Of a DNA stretch of 64,000 bases, positions 41,041 to 52,200 are shown one piece after another. The notes beneath the pieces are model-generated. The model saw nothing but the letters and a program-made list of their open reading frames with translations. It was not told where the DNA came from and did not search any database. The DNA is taken from positions 72,850,001 to 72,914,000 of the forward strand of contig NC_043007.1 of assembly GCF_006345805.1 (NCBI RefSeq). The letters run 5' to 3'. The stretch is from Octopus sinensis. Its lineage: Eukaryota. Position numbers and translations under genes: made by a program. The first letter of the stretch is position 1, and every line of letters starts with the position of its first letter.

Positions 41041-41105
41041 ACACACATGCACACACACACAAAGATAAATTGATAGATACAACTGAGTAGGCAAACAGAA
41101 ATATC

Positions 41106-41310
41106 AGACACTGTCTAGTGCTTTTTTTATTTTGATAAGCCTGGTACTTATTCTATCAGTTTCTGTTTGTAAGATCCACTGTCAAGGCTTTGGTTGGTCT
41201 GAAGCTATAGCAGAAGACACATGCGAAGCCACCACACAGTGGGACGGAAGCCAGGACCATGTGTTTTGGAACCAAGTTTGTTACCACACAGCCACACCTG
41301 CACCTATGTA
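41106..41310 (-). mobile_element. Degenerate SINE A next to (TG)n/(TA)n/(TATC)n tracts
   Basis: Head and body motifs in reverse complement. Confidence 0.6.
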
Positions 41311-41372
41311 TATGTGTGTGTATGGGTGTATATAGGTATGCATGTATATATGTGTATACATATTACTTGTAC

Positions 41373-41434
<62 letters not shown>

Positions 41435-41446
41435 ATATATATATAT

Positions 41447-42354
41447 ATATAGGGATAAATATTTTATATATAAAGAACGTGAAATACAGGAAGAGACAAA
41501 CACGGAACACAGACAAATCATTCGAAGCCTTCAATCTTCAGTCAGACACCGAATCATCATCGCAAATTTCGGCTGTTCAATTCTGATATTTGCTCCAACT
41601 CGGCCAGCCCCAAGAAAAAAAAAAAAAACTAAGCTGCAGGCATTAGATTTCTTGGTAGAAGACAAGAATGTAAATGCACGAGACGGATGTAAATACGAGA
41701 GACGAAAACGAAATTGAAAACGGTAATGGTTAAACAAAATATATATAACGGTGGTTGTCTTACGACTTTAGACCAAATGAGACAAAAACAACAACAACAT
41801 AGCTGCTGGCGTAGAAATAATTACCTTTTCGGTAGAGGGGACACATACACATGTTAGCGAGATACGATCGCCAACGAAATGGTTGAGAAGCAGCAGGTTG
41901 CAGGGGAGAGAGAGAAAGAGAGACAGAGAGACAGAGAGAGAGGGAATCAAAGAGGGTGGAAAGCAGGGGACAGAATTAGTCAGTGACCAAGAGAAAAAGA
42001 GAAAGAAGGGATTGAGGAGGATGGGAGGAAGAGGGGGAAGAAACGAGGGCGCCAAAATAGTTTGGTCAAGAAGCAATGGTGGATAGGAAAGAGAAAGTAT
42101 ATAGAAGTCGTGCAGGGTTTAAAATTGGATAACAAACGGGGGGGGGGGTGCACGTAACGCCGCAATAATATAGGGATAAATATTTTATATATAAAGAACG
42201 TGAAATATATAACGGTGGTTGTCTTACGACTTTAGAATTGAAGGCTTCGAATGATTTGTCTGTGTTCCGTGTTTGTCTCTTCCTGTATTTCACGTTCTTT
42301 ATATATAAAATATTTATCCCTATATTATTGCGGCGTTACGTGCACCCCCCCCCC

Positions 42355-42429
<75 letters not shown>

Positions 42430-42560
42430 TCTATATGTATATACATACATCTATACATATACAGCTAGCCGAAATTGCGAGGATGATCCAATTCTTGACT
42501 GAAGATAAAAGGCTTCGAATGACCCATCTGTATTTTGTTTGTATTGTCTATCTGGATGTT
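41447..42560. repeat. Rearranged inverted/duplicated repeat, Penelope pLTR-like
   Basis: 41447-41530 is inverted at 42236-42320; 42134-42206 mirrors 42285-42357; related copy at 42465-42560. Confidence 0.55.
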
Positions 42561-42792
42561 TTGCGTTCTTGTCCCATTTTGTATTTTATTTTATATATAC
42601 ATGTATATATATATACATTCGTGCAGATATATACATACATATATCTATATATACATTATATATTAGTTTCAGTATTAAAGTGAAACTATTAAAGCGAAAG
42701 TATTTGCCATTACAATAAAGAGATGTTATTGTTTCACTTTTGACACGTAATACTGAAATAGTGGAGGTATACACAAACTTATACAATACCTA

Positions 42793-44082
42793 CGAGGGGC
42801 GTTCAATAAGTAATGCCCCTGACTCACTTGCAGTCGTTTGATCTAGCTGAAATTTTGCATGTGCAATTATTTATATCTCTATAGATTAAGTGGCAAATTA
42901 CAGTTCTGAACTAATTGTGGTTTCCGATTCCGATTTACAGGTGTTTGAACTGAGTCAAGTGTGAAATGGAGCATGTTGAGTGTCGAGCAGTGATCTGGTT
43001 TTTGTATTTGAAAGGACGCACACCACGGGAGACTTTTGATGAAATGAAAGTAACTTATGGTGATGATGCCCCATCATATGACCTTGTAAAACGCTGGCAT
43101 CGTGAATTCAAACATGGTCGGAACTCTGTGGAAACAGCTCCCAGATCTGGTCGCCCCCTTCTGCCATTGATGAGGCAACTGTCTGTCAAGTTGAGGCTGC
43201 CATTTTGGAAGATCAACGCATTACTATTCGCGAAATAGCCCATGAGGTCAAGATTAGTACCGGGTCTGTGGAAACTATCATTCATGACCATTTGCATATG
43301 CAAAAGGTGTCTGCCAGATGGATTCTCAGGTTGCTCACACCTTTCCAGAAGCAAGAACGCGTCGATTGCTCGAGGGTGAATTTGGAGATGTGCCAAGAAG
43401 ATGAGTCAAAATTTTTCAAAAGACTGATTGCATAGGATAAAACCTGGGTCCATCACTATGATCCAGAGACCAAAGCCCAGTCAATGCAGTGGAAGCACCG
43501 TGACTCACCTCCTCCAAAGAAGGCAAGGGTGCAGCCCTCCGCTGGCAAGGTCATGCTTACAGTCTTCTGGGACCAGGACGGAGTAGTGAAGACAGATTTC
43601 CTGGCAAAGGGTGCCACAATTACAGGAGCCTATTATGCTTCACTTTTGAGGAAATTAAGAGAAGCTATCAAAATCAAGAGGTGGGGCAAGATCAGCAAAG
43701 GCATCCTCCTCCTGCAGGACAACGCTCCGATTCACAACTCGCGTGTCGCCAGATCAGAAGCACAGGCGTGCGGCTATGAACTCATCCCCCATCCCCCCTA
43801 CTCTCCCGACCTTGCACCCTCTGATTTTCACCTCTTCCCAGCCATGAAGTTGTTTTTGAAAGGAAAGCGTTTCCCAGATGATGATTTCTGAAGTCACGTC
43901 GTGGTTGGAGGACCAAGCTGGGGTCTTCTACAAAAACGGTCTTCAGAGCTGCATCAAACGATGGGAGAAATGCGTAACTCTGGGTGGTTCCTATGTAGAA
44001 AAAGACTAATAACTGTTCCAAGTTTCGTTGCTCTACTGCTATGGGAAGTGGGTCAGGGGCATTACTTATTGAACGCCCCTCG
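42793..44082 (+). mobile_element. Full-length mariner transposon with disrupted transposase (42966-44009)
   Basis: TA-flanked TIRs cgaggggcgttcaataagtaatgcccctgac; HTH N-terminus, DKTWVHHYDP, LLQDNAPIH, HPPYSPDLAPSDFHLF; frameshifts and an in-frame stop. Confidence 0.95.
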
Positions 44083-44094
44083 TATTTCTTTACT

Positions 44095-44315
44095 ACCCAC
44101 AAGGGACTAAACACAGAGAGGACAAACAAGGACAGACAAACAGATTAAGTCCATTATATCGACCCCAGTGCGTAACTGGTACTTATTTAATCAACCCTGA
44201 AAGGATGAAAGGCAAAGTCGACCTCGGCGGAATTTGAACGCAGAACATAGCAGCAGACAAAATGCTGTTAAGCATTTTGCCCGACGTGCTAACGCTTCTG
44301 CCAGCTCGCCGCCTT
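44095..44315 (-). mobile_element. tRNA-derived SINE, family B (central segment resembles the Meta domain)
   Basis: Head ggcggcgagctggcagaagcgttagc..gttcaaattcc followed by ggtcgactttgcctttcatcctttcagggttgattaaataagtaccag. Confidence 0.65.
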
Positions 44316-45212
44316 GATACAATACCACCTCATACATTCACAGTACAACATAAAACATGTACATTGGTCCACCAAGCTGTCTAAAACTATATACATCTGA
44401 GCTATAATGAACTATTTGTGAACTTACCAAAGACTTTTCAACACATATCACCAATGACGCAGTTTTGTTCTTCACAGTATTCCTTCGAACTTTACATAAC
44501 AGACTTGAACATTTTGCTTATTTCTATGTGCTCATATTCTGTTTACCCTTACCATGATTTGTCCTTTCATTTCATTTTCTCATATTTTGTTATATTGCAT
44601 CCTTCTGCTTGTATTCCATGTTCTTACTTGCTTTTTGCACTGCATATTTACATACGCCATCTGTATTTTTTTCCGACTCTTTCAAGTCTAGCAGGAGGCT
44701 ATGTAGCAGAGCTACATGTTACATAGTAATATGTGAGTTGACCCGCACAGCAGACGAATATATCGATGAGGCATCTAGCCTCGCTTTTTGATACAGTAGC
44801 CTCATTCTGAGTTACACTGTAGAAACTCTCAGTTCCTGCTAGGCTTCAGTCAAAAACATAAGTCCTCTCTGCAGCTCTACATGTAATCTCCCAGATCAAC
44901 TCACATGTCTATTCACCTCAACACAAGATATATGGTTCATAAATGAAGATACTTTATCATACGCACATTCTCAAAATGACTGTTCTCTTTACACGCATGC
45001 ATACATACTGCAATACAAATATTATATGTTACTTCTTTCAGTGCAAAAGCAAAAATCAAAACTTTCTTTGTATGTAAACACACGTTTTTGTATCATACTA
45101 CATGCTTCTATCACAAAAGGTGAACACGAAATAAACAATATATTTATACACAAAAATGTCTTATGGTGATTCATACTGTTTTTCCATTTGATAACATGCA
45201 CTTGAACAGCCG

Positions 45213-45620
45213 ACAGCTACTATATATGTATCGGAAATCCTGGAAGGCCTGGTACCAAACTCTGGCATTAAGAGCTTTACTAACCCTCAAACTGGATGTT
45301 ACTGAACTGTTCTAAAGCTCTCAGCCACACTGTCTAGAGTGAGGACCATGTACTATAGTAGGATTCAAGGGCCCACAGTTATTTAATGCCTTGCCAAAAT
45401 ATCTGAGGGATCTTCATGGAGTGGGGATGGACGTTTTCAAGAAACAACTTGATCTCCTGCTGTCCAAGGTCCCAGATGAAGCTGTATCAAGGCAAGAAAC
45501 TCAAAGGAAAGAAGCTGTGTTGAACTCCCTTTTTCACCAAAAACAATCACAGAAGAATGGTCACTGAAAAGGTGACCTCACTGGTGGTGCTCCCGCATGG
45601 CCACAGCCTTTGGGCTGAAA
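45213..45620 (+). mobile_element. CR1/L2-group LINE 3' fragment
   Basis: ILEGLVPN and GPQLFNALPK-like segments matching ORF 61198-61806. Confidence 0.65.
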
Positions 45621-45865
45621 CATGTAAAAGAGATAAAAGAAAAAATATATATGTATGTGTAAAAATACAGTGTGTGTGTGTGTGCATTGATGTCACGTTT
45701 CCAGACTGTGAGGAAACTAATTAGGTTTTTTTTCTTCCCCAAAGTAACTGTAAAACTGAAACCACAGCCACGTTCGTTTTATTTGTTGACTTAAGTGTTT
45801 GACAAACCAACGAAAGGCCCTCTTCCTGCGTAATCGCTTGACCCGCTAGAAAAGGCAGCCAATTT

Positions 45866-46291
45866 GGATCTTTTCGATTTGAACGGCAGTTTTTTCTAGC
45901 GGTGTCATATGAAATTGTCACCCATAATTATGACCCTAGTATCGATCTATTGCATTTCAATCTGTTTTAGGGTTAGGGTTAGTGAGGGTTAGGGTTAGGA
46001 GGAAAGGAATCTGGATTTTTTTTTCTTCAGAAATGTAAATAAACCCAATCTGTTTCTTAAACGAGGGACATATTTATACGGCACAGAATGTTTTCACCTC
46101 AATAGACGTCATTGAAATTGCACAAATTGAAGAAAAAAAAACAACAAATATCCTACAAACTATAGAATTTTCTCAATAAAGCCAAAAGAAAAAGATGTTT
46201 TATAAACACATTCTACCAGTATACGAAGTTTAAAAGTGTTTAGTTACGTGGAAATTATTTTAAAAAACTGCCGTTCAAACCGAAAATATCC
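45866..46291. mobile_element. MITE with internal (TTAGGG)n-like run
   Basis: TIRs gatcttttcgatttgaacggcagttttt and aaaaactgccgttcaaaccgaaaatatc; ttagggttagggttag at 45967-45999. Confidence 0.65.
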
Positions 46292-46634
46292 GCCAATTTT
46301 CATTAAATCACTGCTTATCGCCTTGGATAAGGACATGAGGGAAAAGTGCTTTGAGGCTTCCTGTACAGAGGAAAAGACGGGATAGTCACAGTTGGGGTGC
46401 GTTTAGTTGGTTAGAAGTCTACTTCAGTAGGCCTGGCCTAGCATAACAAATTCTGGTTGTGGTGATGCTCTGATAATCCAACAGGTGTCAATACAAGATG
46501 ATGAGTGATGCTTCATTGAACTTCGATTTACCACTAACGGTTATTGAATAGTCTCAATGAGCACATAATATATAAAATTATACGTCGACTAATTTAATTA
46601 CAGTATAATCTAATTATAGTATAATTAAATATTA

Positions 46635-46718
46635 GGCAGAGGTAAAGAATACGCACACCACCCGTTTTCAGCGTAACCCTAACCCTAAACACGGGTGGGC
46701 GTATTCTTTACCTTCGCC
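46635..46718. repeat. Mini foldback with a central taaccctaaccc
   Basis: ggcagaggtaaagaatacgc mirrored by gcgtattctttaccttcgcc. Confidence 0.6.
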
Positions 46719-46839
46719 AAAATATTACTTGCATGTAGATTATAGTTAACTGTATTACTATTAACTTTTTTCCCCTCAGAAAATATCACTTTTATTAATA
46801 TTTAGCAGAAGGAATTATAAATTTAAATTTTAGAACATA

Positions 46840-47348
46840 CTAGCAGTATCGCCCGGCGTTGCTCGGGTTTGTAAGGGAAATAACTACATAAGCATTTTTA
46901 GAGAGTTACTTCCCTTATAGTTGCCAATTCGGGCTTTCTTAGCCATTTCTGTTTTGGTGTCTTCAAGCCATGAAGTTGTTCTAAAAGAACGCTGGTCTCC
47001 TTGACAACGCTTTACGACGTTGATTTCCTTACACTCCCTTCCCCACAGCTTCACGAGGGAGGGAAGAAGGGGAGAAGCAAACAGGTGCAGGTGTGACCAT
47101 GGACGCCAACTCCGCCGCCATCGACAGACGAAAAATTATGCATTACAATAGAATAAAAAATGATGTTAAATTATTTTTAAAATCGTAGACTCATCGTAGA
47201 CGCGCGCTAATACTCAGACGGGCTCGATATGAATCACGACTATAAGATACCCGAATTTGGTTAAACTGCACCGCAAAATGTGGGAGTAGTTAGGAATCTA
47301 AATCGAAGGGGACAGACACTCACACAACTACAGTTTTATATATATAGA
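46840..47348 (-). mobile_element. Non-autonomous Helitron-like element
   Basis: Reverse complement of the 17315/35616 family with both termini. Confidence 0.75.
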
Positions 47349-47753
47349 TTTCTTACCAGATTTTCCACCTCAATATTGGTTTGACAAAAGAAAGACAGAG
47401 AAAAGGGGGAAAAAAGGAACAAAACCAAAAAGAAAAGAAATAGCGGAACAAAAACAAAACAAAAAATAAAGAAAAGGCAAAGAGAAGAAAGAGAAAACAA
47501 ATATAGATTTATACAGAATGGTTAAACAAGTTGAGTTCGTAGAAATAAATCGCTGCTAATTCATTTTATGACTCATATTTATAAACATAAATAATAAAAT
47601 AAATTATGTCGGTTTGAAAGGAAAAATCAACTTGAAAACACAAATGTCATAAAAAAACAGTTTGTTCAAAAGATGAAGCAGAAATACCTGGATAATAAGA
47701 TAAAAATACATTAATTGCCAAATTGAAATTGTTGCATTAATTGTCACACTTAC

Positions 47754-47815
47754 ATTATCTGCCAGGTTGCAAATAACAACAGTGCCAGGATAACTACCGT
47801 TGAAAATCGTTCCAT
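47754..47815 (-). CDS. Candidate first coding exon (signal peptide)
   Basis: ATG at 47815: MERFSTVVILALLLFATWQI followed by at|gtaagt consensus donor (phase 2). Confidence 0.55.
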
Positions 47816-47855
47816 AGTGTCTTTCTGTAACAAATTTAGTCGAGATTGAAATATC

Positions 47856-48213
47856 GATGCAGTAAATAAGAATAGCTTTAGTCAGATCATTGTCAAGGTA
47901 ATAACAATTCCAACAGCAACATCATTATATTGGTGTCTGTCAATGTAATGATACGGTAAATAAGAATAGCTTTAGTCAGATCATTGTGAAGATAATGATA
48001 ATTCCAACAGCAACATCATTATATTGGTGTCTGTCAATGTAATGATACGGTAAATAAAAATAGCTTTAGTCAGATCATTGTCAAGATCATAACAATTCCA
48101 ACAGCAACATCATTATATTGGTGTCTATCAATGTAATGATACGGTAAATAAGAATAGCTTTAGTCAGATCATTGTCAAGATAATAACAACTCCAGCAACA
48201 TCATTATATCGGC
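47856..48213. repeat. 94-bp tandem repeat, about 3.8 units
   Basis: Units start at 47856, 47950, 48044 and 48138. Confidence 0.9.
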
Positions 48214-48299
48214 GTCTGCCTTCCGAAATAAACTAGAATCCAAATCTTCAGAATAAATAGACAGAAAAAATGTGCTGCCCACTATGACCCGGATATATA

Positions 48300-48480
48300 C
48301 TCTCTCTTTTACTCTTTGACTTGTTTCAGTCATTTGACTGTGAGTATGCTGGAGCACCGCCTTTAGTCGAGCAAATCGACCCCAGGACTTATTCTATCGG
48401 CCACTTATGCCGAACCGCTAATGTTACGGGGACGTAAACACACCAGCGATGTTGGGGGACAAACACAGACACACAAACAA
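48300..48480 (-). mobile_element. SINE A body (3' half of a split copy)
   Basis: Reverse complement of the family A body ending at a CA/TA microsatellite. Confidence 0.75.
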
Positions 48481-48514
48481 ACATACACAACACACACACA
48501 CACACACACACCAC

Positions 48515-48559
<45 letters not shown>

Positions 48560-48834
48560 GGCCTAGTGGTTAGGGCAGCGAACTCGCGGTTTCGATTCCC
48601 GGGCGTTGTGAGCGTTTATTGAGCGAAAACACCTATAGCTCCACGAGGCTCCGCAGGGGGTGGTGGCGATCCCTGCTGTACTCTTTCGCCACAACTTTCT
48701 CTCACTCTTTCTTCTGTTGGCCTGCTCGCTTAGCCGGCGGGGTGGCGTCATTTGAAGGCTAAAACAATGCAAAGCGCATTGTGACCAGCGATGTGTAGCA
48801 ACATCTGATAGCCTGGTCGGTCACGGTGACGGTG

Positions 48835-48837
<3 letters not shown>
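48560..48837 (+). mobile_element. tRNA-derived SINE, family C
   Basis: ggcctagtggttaggg..ggtttcgattccc A/B-box-like head; body unlike families A and B. Confidence 0.6.
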
Positions 48838-48884
<47 letters not shown>

Positions 48885-48885
<1 letters not shown>

Positions 48886-49252
48886 CATTAAGGACAACTA
48901 CTTAATAAGGAAAACTTAACAAGAAATTGTCAGGTAGATAGCGTGAAAACCTCATAAGAGAAAAATTTCGAAAATAATTATTCTTATTGAACATATTAAT
49001 TTATATATAGAGGGCATTATACATACATGCCAGATGGCATTATACATACATGCCACACGCTAAGAGGGACAATTAGTCATTTCTACCAAAAATATTACTA
49101 ATCCCACCGAATGCAATTTTTCAAAGTAAGACATTTAAAAAATATAGACCTGTATCACAGTGATTTCATACTTACGTATTCATCAGCAGGCCTGGATGTA
49201 TCATACATAAACGACCCCTGCTCGCTTAAGCCGATCAGCTAACTGATCAACA
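48885..49252 (-). mobile_element. Non-coding HHR-bearing repeat, segment 1 (continues at 54551-54767 and 57925-58044)
   Basis: 48885-48990 is repeated at 54658-54767 and 49032-49154 at 57925-58046; whole unit flanked by (TA)n. Confidence 0.8.
49146..49193 (-). ncRNA. Type I hammerhead ribozyme
   Basis: aggcctg CTGATGA atac gtaa gtat GAAA tca ctg tga TA caggtct: 7-bp stem I (one G-U), 4-bp stem II with GNRA loop, short stem III. Confidence 0.85.
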
Positions 49253-52200
49253 CTTTCTTTATTACAATTATAAAAATTAATACATAGAAAGGACGAATAC
49301 AGGAACATACATACATACAAGAAAATTTAATTTAAGAGAATCGATTAAAAAAGTTTCGTTTGTATTCGTTATAAGTAATAGTTTTTGCGTAACTAGTGTT
49401 ACAAACACTTGTAGCTGACCTTTGTGCTTTTACTCGAGCTTTCACACCCCGGCAATTGTTGAGGCCCTGCAGCTTCCACTTCCTCTCTCTCCTCCATGGT
49501 CAAGCTGGCCTTCTCGTACCCACCTTTCTTTCCACTTCCTTCCATCTATTCGCATACACTCCCCGCGGCAGGGTCCTCCTCTCCAGTCCCATCTTGCTTC
49601 TCAGATGATATCTGAAGTAGGTGAGCAAGCCGGGCCCGGAGACAAACGACCCTGTCGCGGTTCCTTCCATTCTCGTTCTCCACATGCATTCCTTTACCAC
49701 TGCAACCGTGCAGTGAAAACATGCCTCACCTTCCTTCGAGAGTCCAGTTGGCGGTATCATCTTAATCATAGACTCAGCCGACAGCTGTACTCGTCCAGAT
49801 GCGATAACACGTGTTCTGCGTAACTTATCAAGTCGTTCAACTTCCGACAATGAAAAAAAGCGTGCTGAACGGTTTCATCGTCGTCAGCCCGCATCTTTGA
49901 CACGTCGGTGGCACTGGAACTCCGTGCCGTGATAACTTTTCGCGAACAGGTAAAGCATTCCTGTAGCACTGCCAAGCCAGGGATCTTTGGAAATTATCCA
50001 AATACCCCGACCTGAACGTTTTCTTAACAGATTGGCAAGCTGGTTTTCATCAAACCCCAGAGCCCCTCCTAGGACGTCATCGTTTTTACCTTCTACCAGC
50101 CCTCTATAAAATACCGAGGTGGTATTTCCGCAGCCGGCCTTGCCCGCCTTGTGGATCAGCGTGAGTGCCTGTCGGCACTCCTTTTGCCATGGAGTCAGAT
50201 TGCATCTTCTGATGTAACCGGGTTTAAAATTAACTAAGGAGGCCGGTCTCGGAAAAAATCCCTCTGCCAACGGACTCCACACCTTATCACCTTCCAGGTG
50301 GTGCCAGAGATGTCTTAGTCTCAACGCATGTCTGCGCATCATTAACCAAGGCATCCCTAACCCACCCTTTAACGGTTCTTGACAGCACACGGAGCGTCTC
50401 ACAAGTGGCTTTCCTCCTTTCCACAAAAAGCGGAAGAGGGCTCGTTCCAACTTGTTAAGCCATGAGTCGGGGCAAGGGACGACGGTCAGGCGGTAGGTGA
50501 TTACGGATGCAATAAACATCTGCGCCACCTCCGCCCTTCCTTTCAAGGACAGAGACCTTCCGGACCAGGTCCGTATTATGGCCTCCACCTTGCCCGTCAC
50601 CTCGCTCCAGTTCTTCTCCGTTTGGGAGTCCGGTCCAAACCAGACTCCCAGCAACTTAACAGGGCCATCCGTCCAGTGTCCACAACACTGGACAATATCG
50701 GCTTGTTCCTCCAGGTGCCGAGGCGCAAGCCGACCGATTTGTCCCTGTTAACCTTGCTCCTGCCACCGCCTCGTATCCTCTGATAGCCTCCTCTACACCA
50801 GGTAGTTGGGCCTCCTTGGACACGATGAGGGTGATGTCATCCGCATAGGCAGTGACCGACCTCCCACCTCCGATTCCATCTGAGTTACTCCCCAGCCTCT
50901 CCAACCTTCGCAGTAGTGGCTCGAGAGCCAATACGTACAAAAGTGGTGACAAGGGGCACCCCTGACGTACTGAACATTCGATCGAAAACGGTTCTGTTAG
51001 GTAACCGTTTATCTGGACGGTGGACTTGATGCCGCTGTACATAGCGGAGATCCACCCGCGGAATTCGGGACCCAGTCCGGTCGCTTCGAGGACCGCCGCC
51101 AGGTACCCATGGTCTACCCTATCGAAGGCTTTACTTTGGTCCAAGTGGACCATTACCCCACCTTTGCCGGTTACTTTACCCACCCTATCTAAGGTGTAGC
51201 GTATAAGGTGAAGGTTGTCCTGGATCGACCTGCCTGGAATTGCACATGTCTGTGCTCTCCCTACAAGTTTCTCCACGACAACCGTCAACCTTTTTGCTAA
51301 CACCTTGGCCAAAATCTTTAACTCTACATTAAGTAGAGTTATGGGCCTGTAGTTACTAATCATATCCCCTTTGCTCGGGTCTTTCTGGATTAGCGTCACC
51401 ACTCCCCGCTTACAGAACTGGGAATTCTCCCGTTCTGCTGCCAGTTCGTGTAGACGCCTGCCAGTATTCCCCCGAACAAATCCGGCATATTTTGGTAAAA
51501 CTCGTAGGGCAGACCATCCAGCCCCGGCGATTTCTCCCCGGCGCACTCGGCCAGCACTTCCCTTATTTCCGCGGGAGTGATCGCTCCTTCACAGCACTCC
51601 GCCTCACGCCCCGCGAGCCGCGGCCCGCCGGCCAGGAAGTCCCTTAAGGCACTCCCCCGGTCCAGCGGGCCACCACCCCCGAACGCGCGCGCGAAATGCT
51701 GGTGAAGAAACTTTTGCATCTCCTCCTGTCCATAGATCTTTTGTCCCTGTTCGCCAGTCAAAGATTTTATTGAGGCTCTGTTGCCTCTCTTACTCTCCAC
51801 ACGACGGGCCCATCCGGCTACGTTAACACCTTCTCGTTTCCCGGCGCGCAGCTTAGCTCTGACTCTGCAACCTTCGTGTTTGGAGTCAAGGTGTCGGTAC
51901 AATACCGTCCTTGCCGCCAGTACTCCGGATGCAGAGCCAGCTTCCATTGCCTCGTCTAGATTCTTAACTAAATCGCCCTCTAGACTAGCTCTATCTGTCC
52001 TTATCTGATTGCTAAATCTAACGGACTCTAATCGAATGGCTCTTTTGAGGGCGTGCCACCATCTGTTGTTAATGACGGTGCCGCACAATGCCCTCTGAAC
52101 TAACTCCTTAATCCGGGTACGGAAGTCTTCACAATTCAAAATAGCCTTGTTCAGCTTCCAGTACCCGGGTCCCTGTCTATGACACTTGTCTAATTGCACC

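Noticed and set aside
44429-44700. Stop-interrupted frame ending at a gtaagt donor (similar case at 20075-20490)
   Set aside because: Several in-frame stops and no recognisable domain; could be decayed exons but not supportable
45177-45219. Possible second exon (ISCRLFKCMLSNGKT), phase 2-0, which would link the signal-peptide and Cys-rich exons
   Set aside because: The acceptor lacks a polypyrimidine tract and overlaps the start of a LINE fragment; phase fit alone is weak evidence
47856-48213. Regular repeat array as a possible CRISPR
   Set aside because: Units are contiguous with no unique spacers, there are no cas genes and the context is eukaryotic
49168-49176. ATACTTAC resembling the U1 snRNA 5' end, or a gtaagt splice donor on the minus strand
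   Set aside because: No further U1 similarity; the sequence is stem-loop II of the hammerhead
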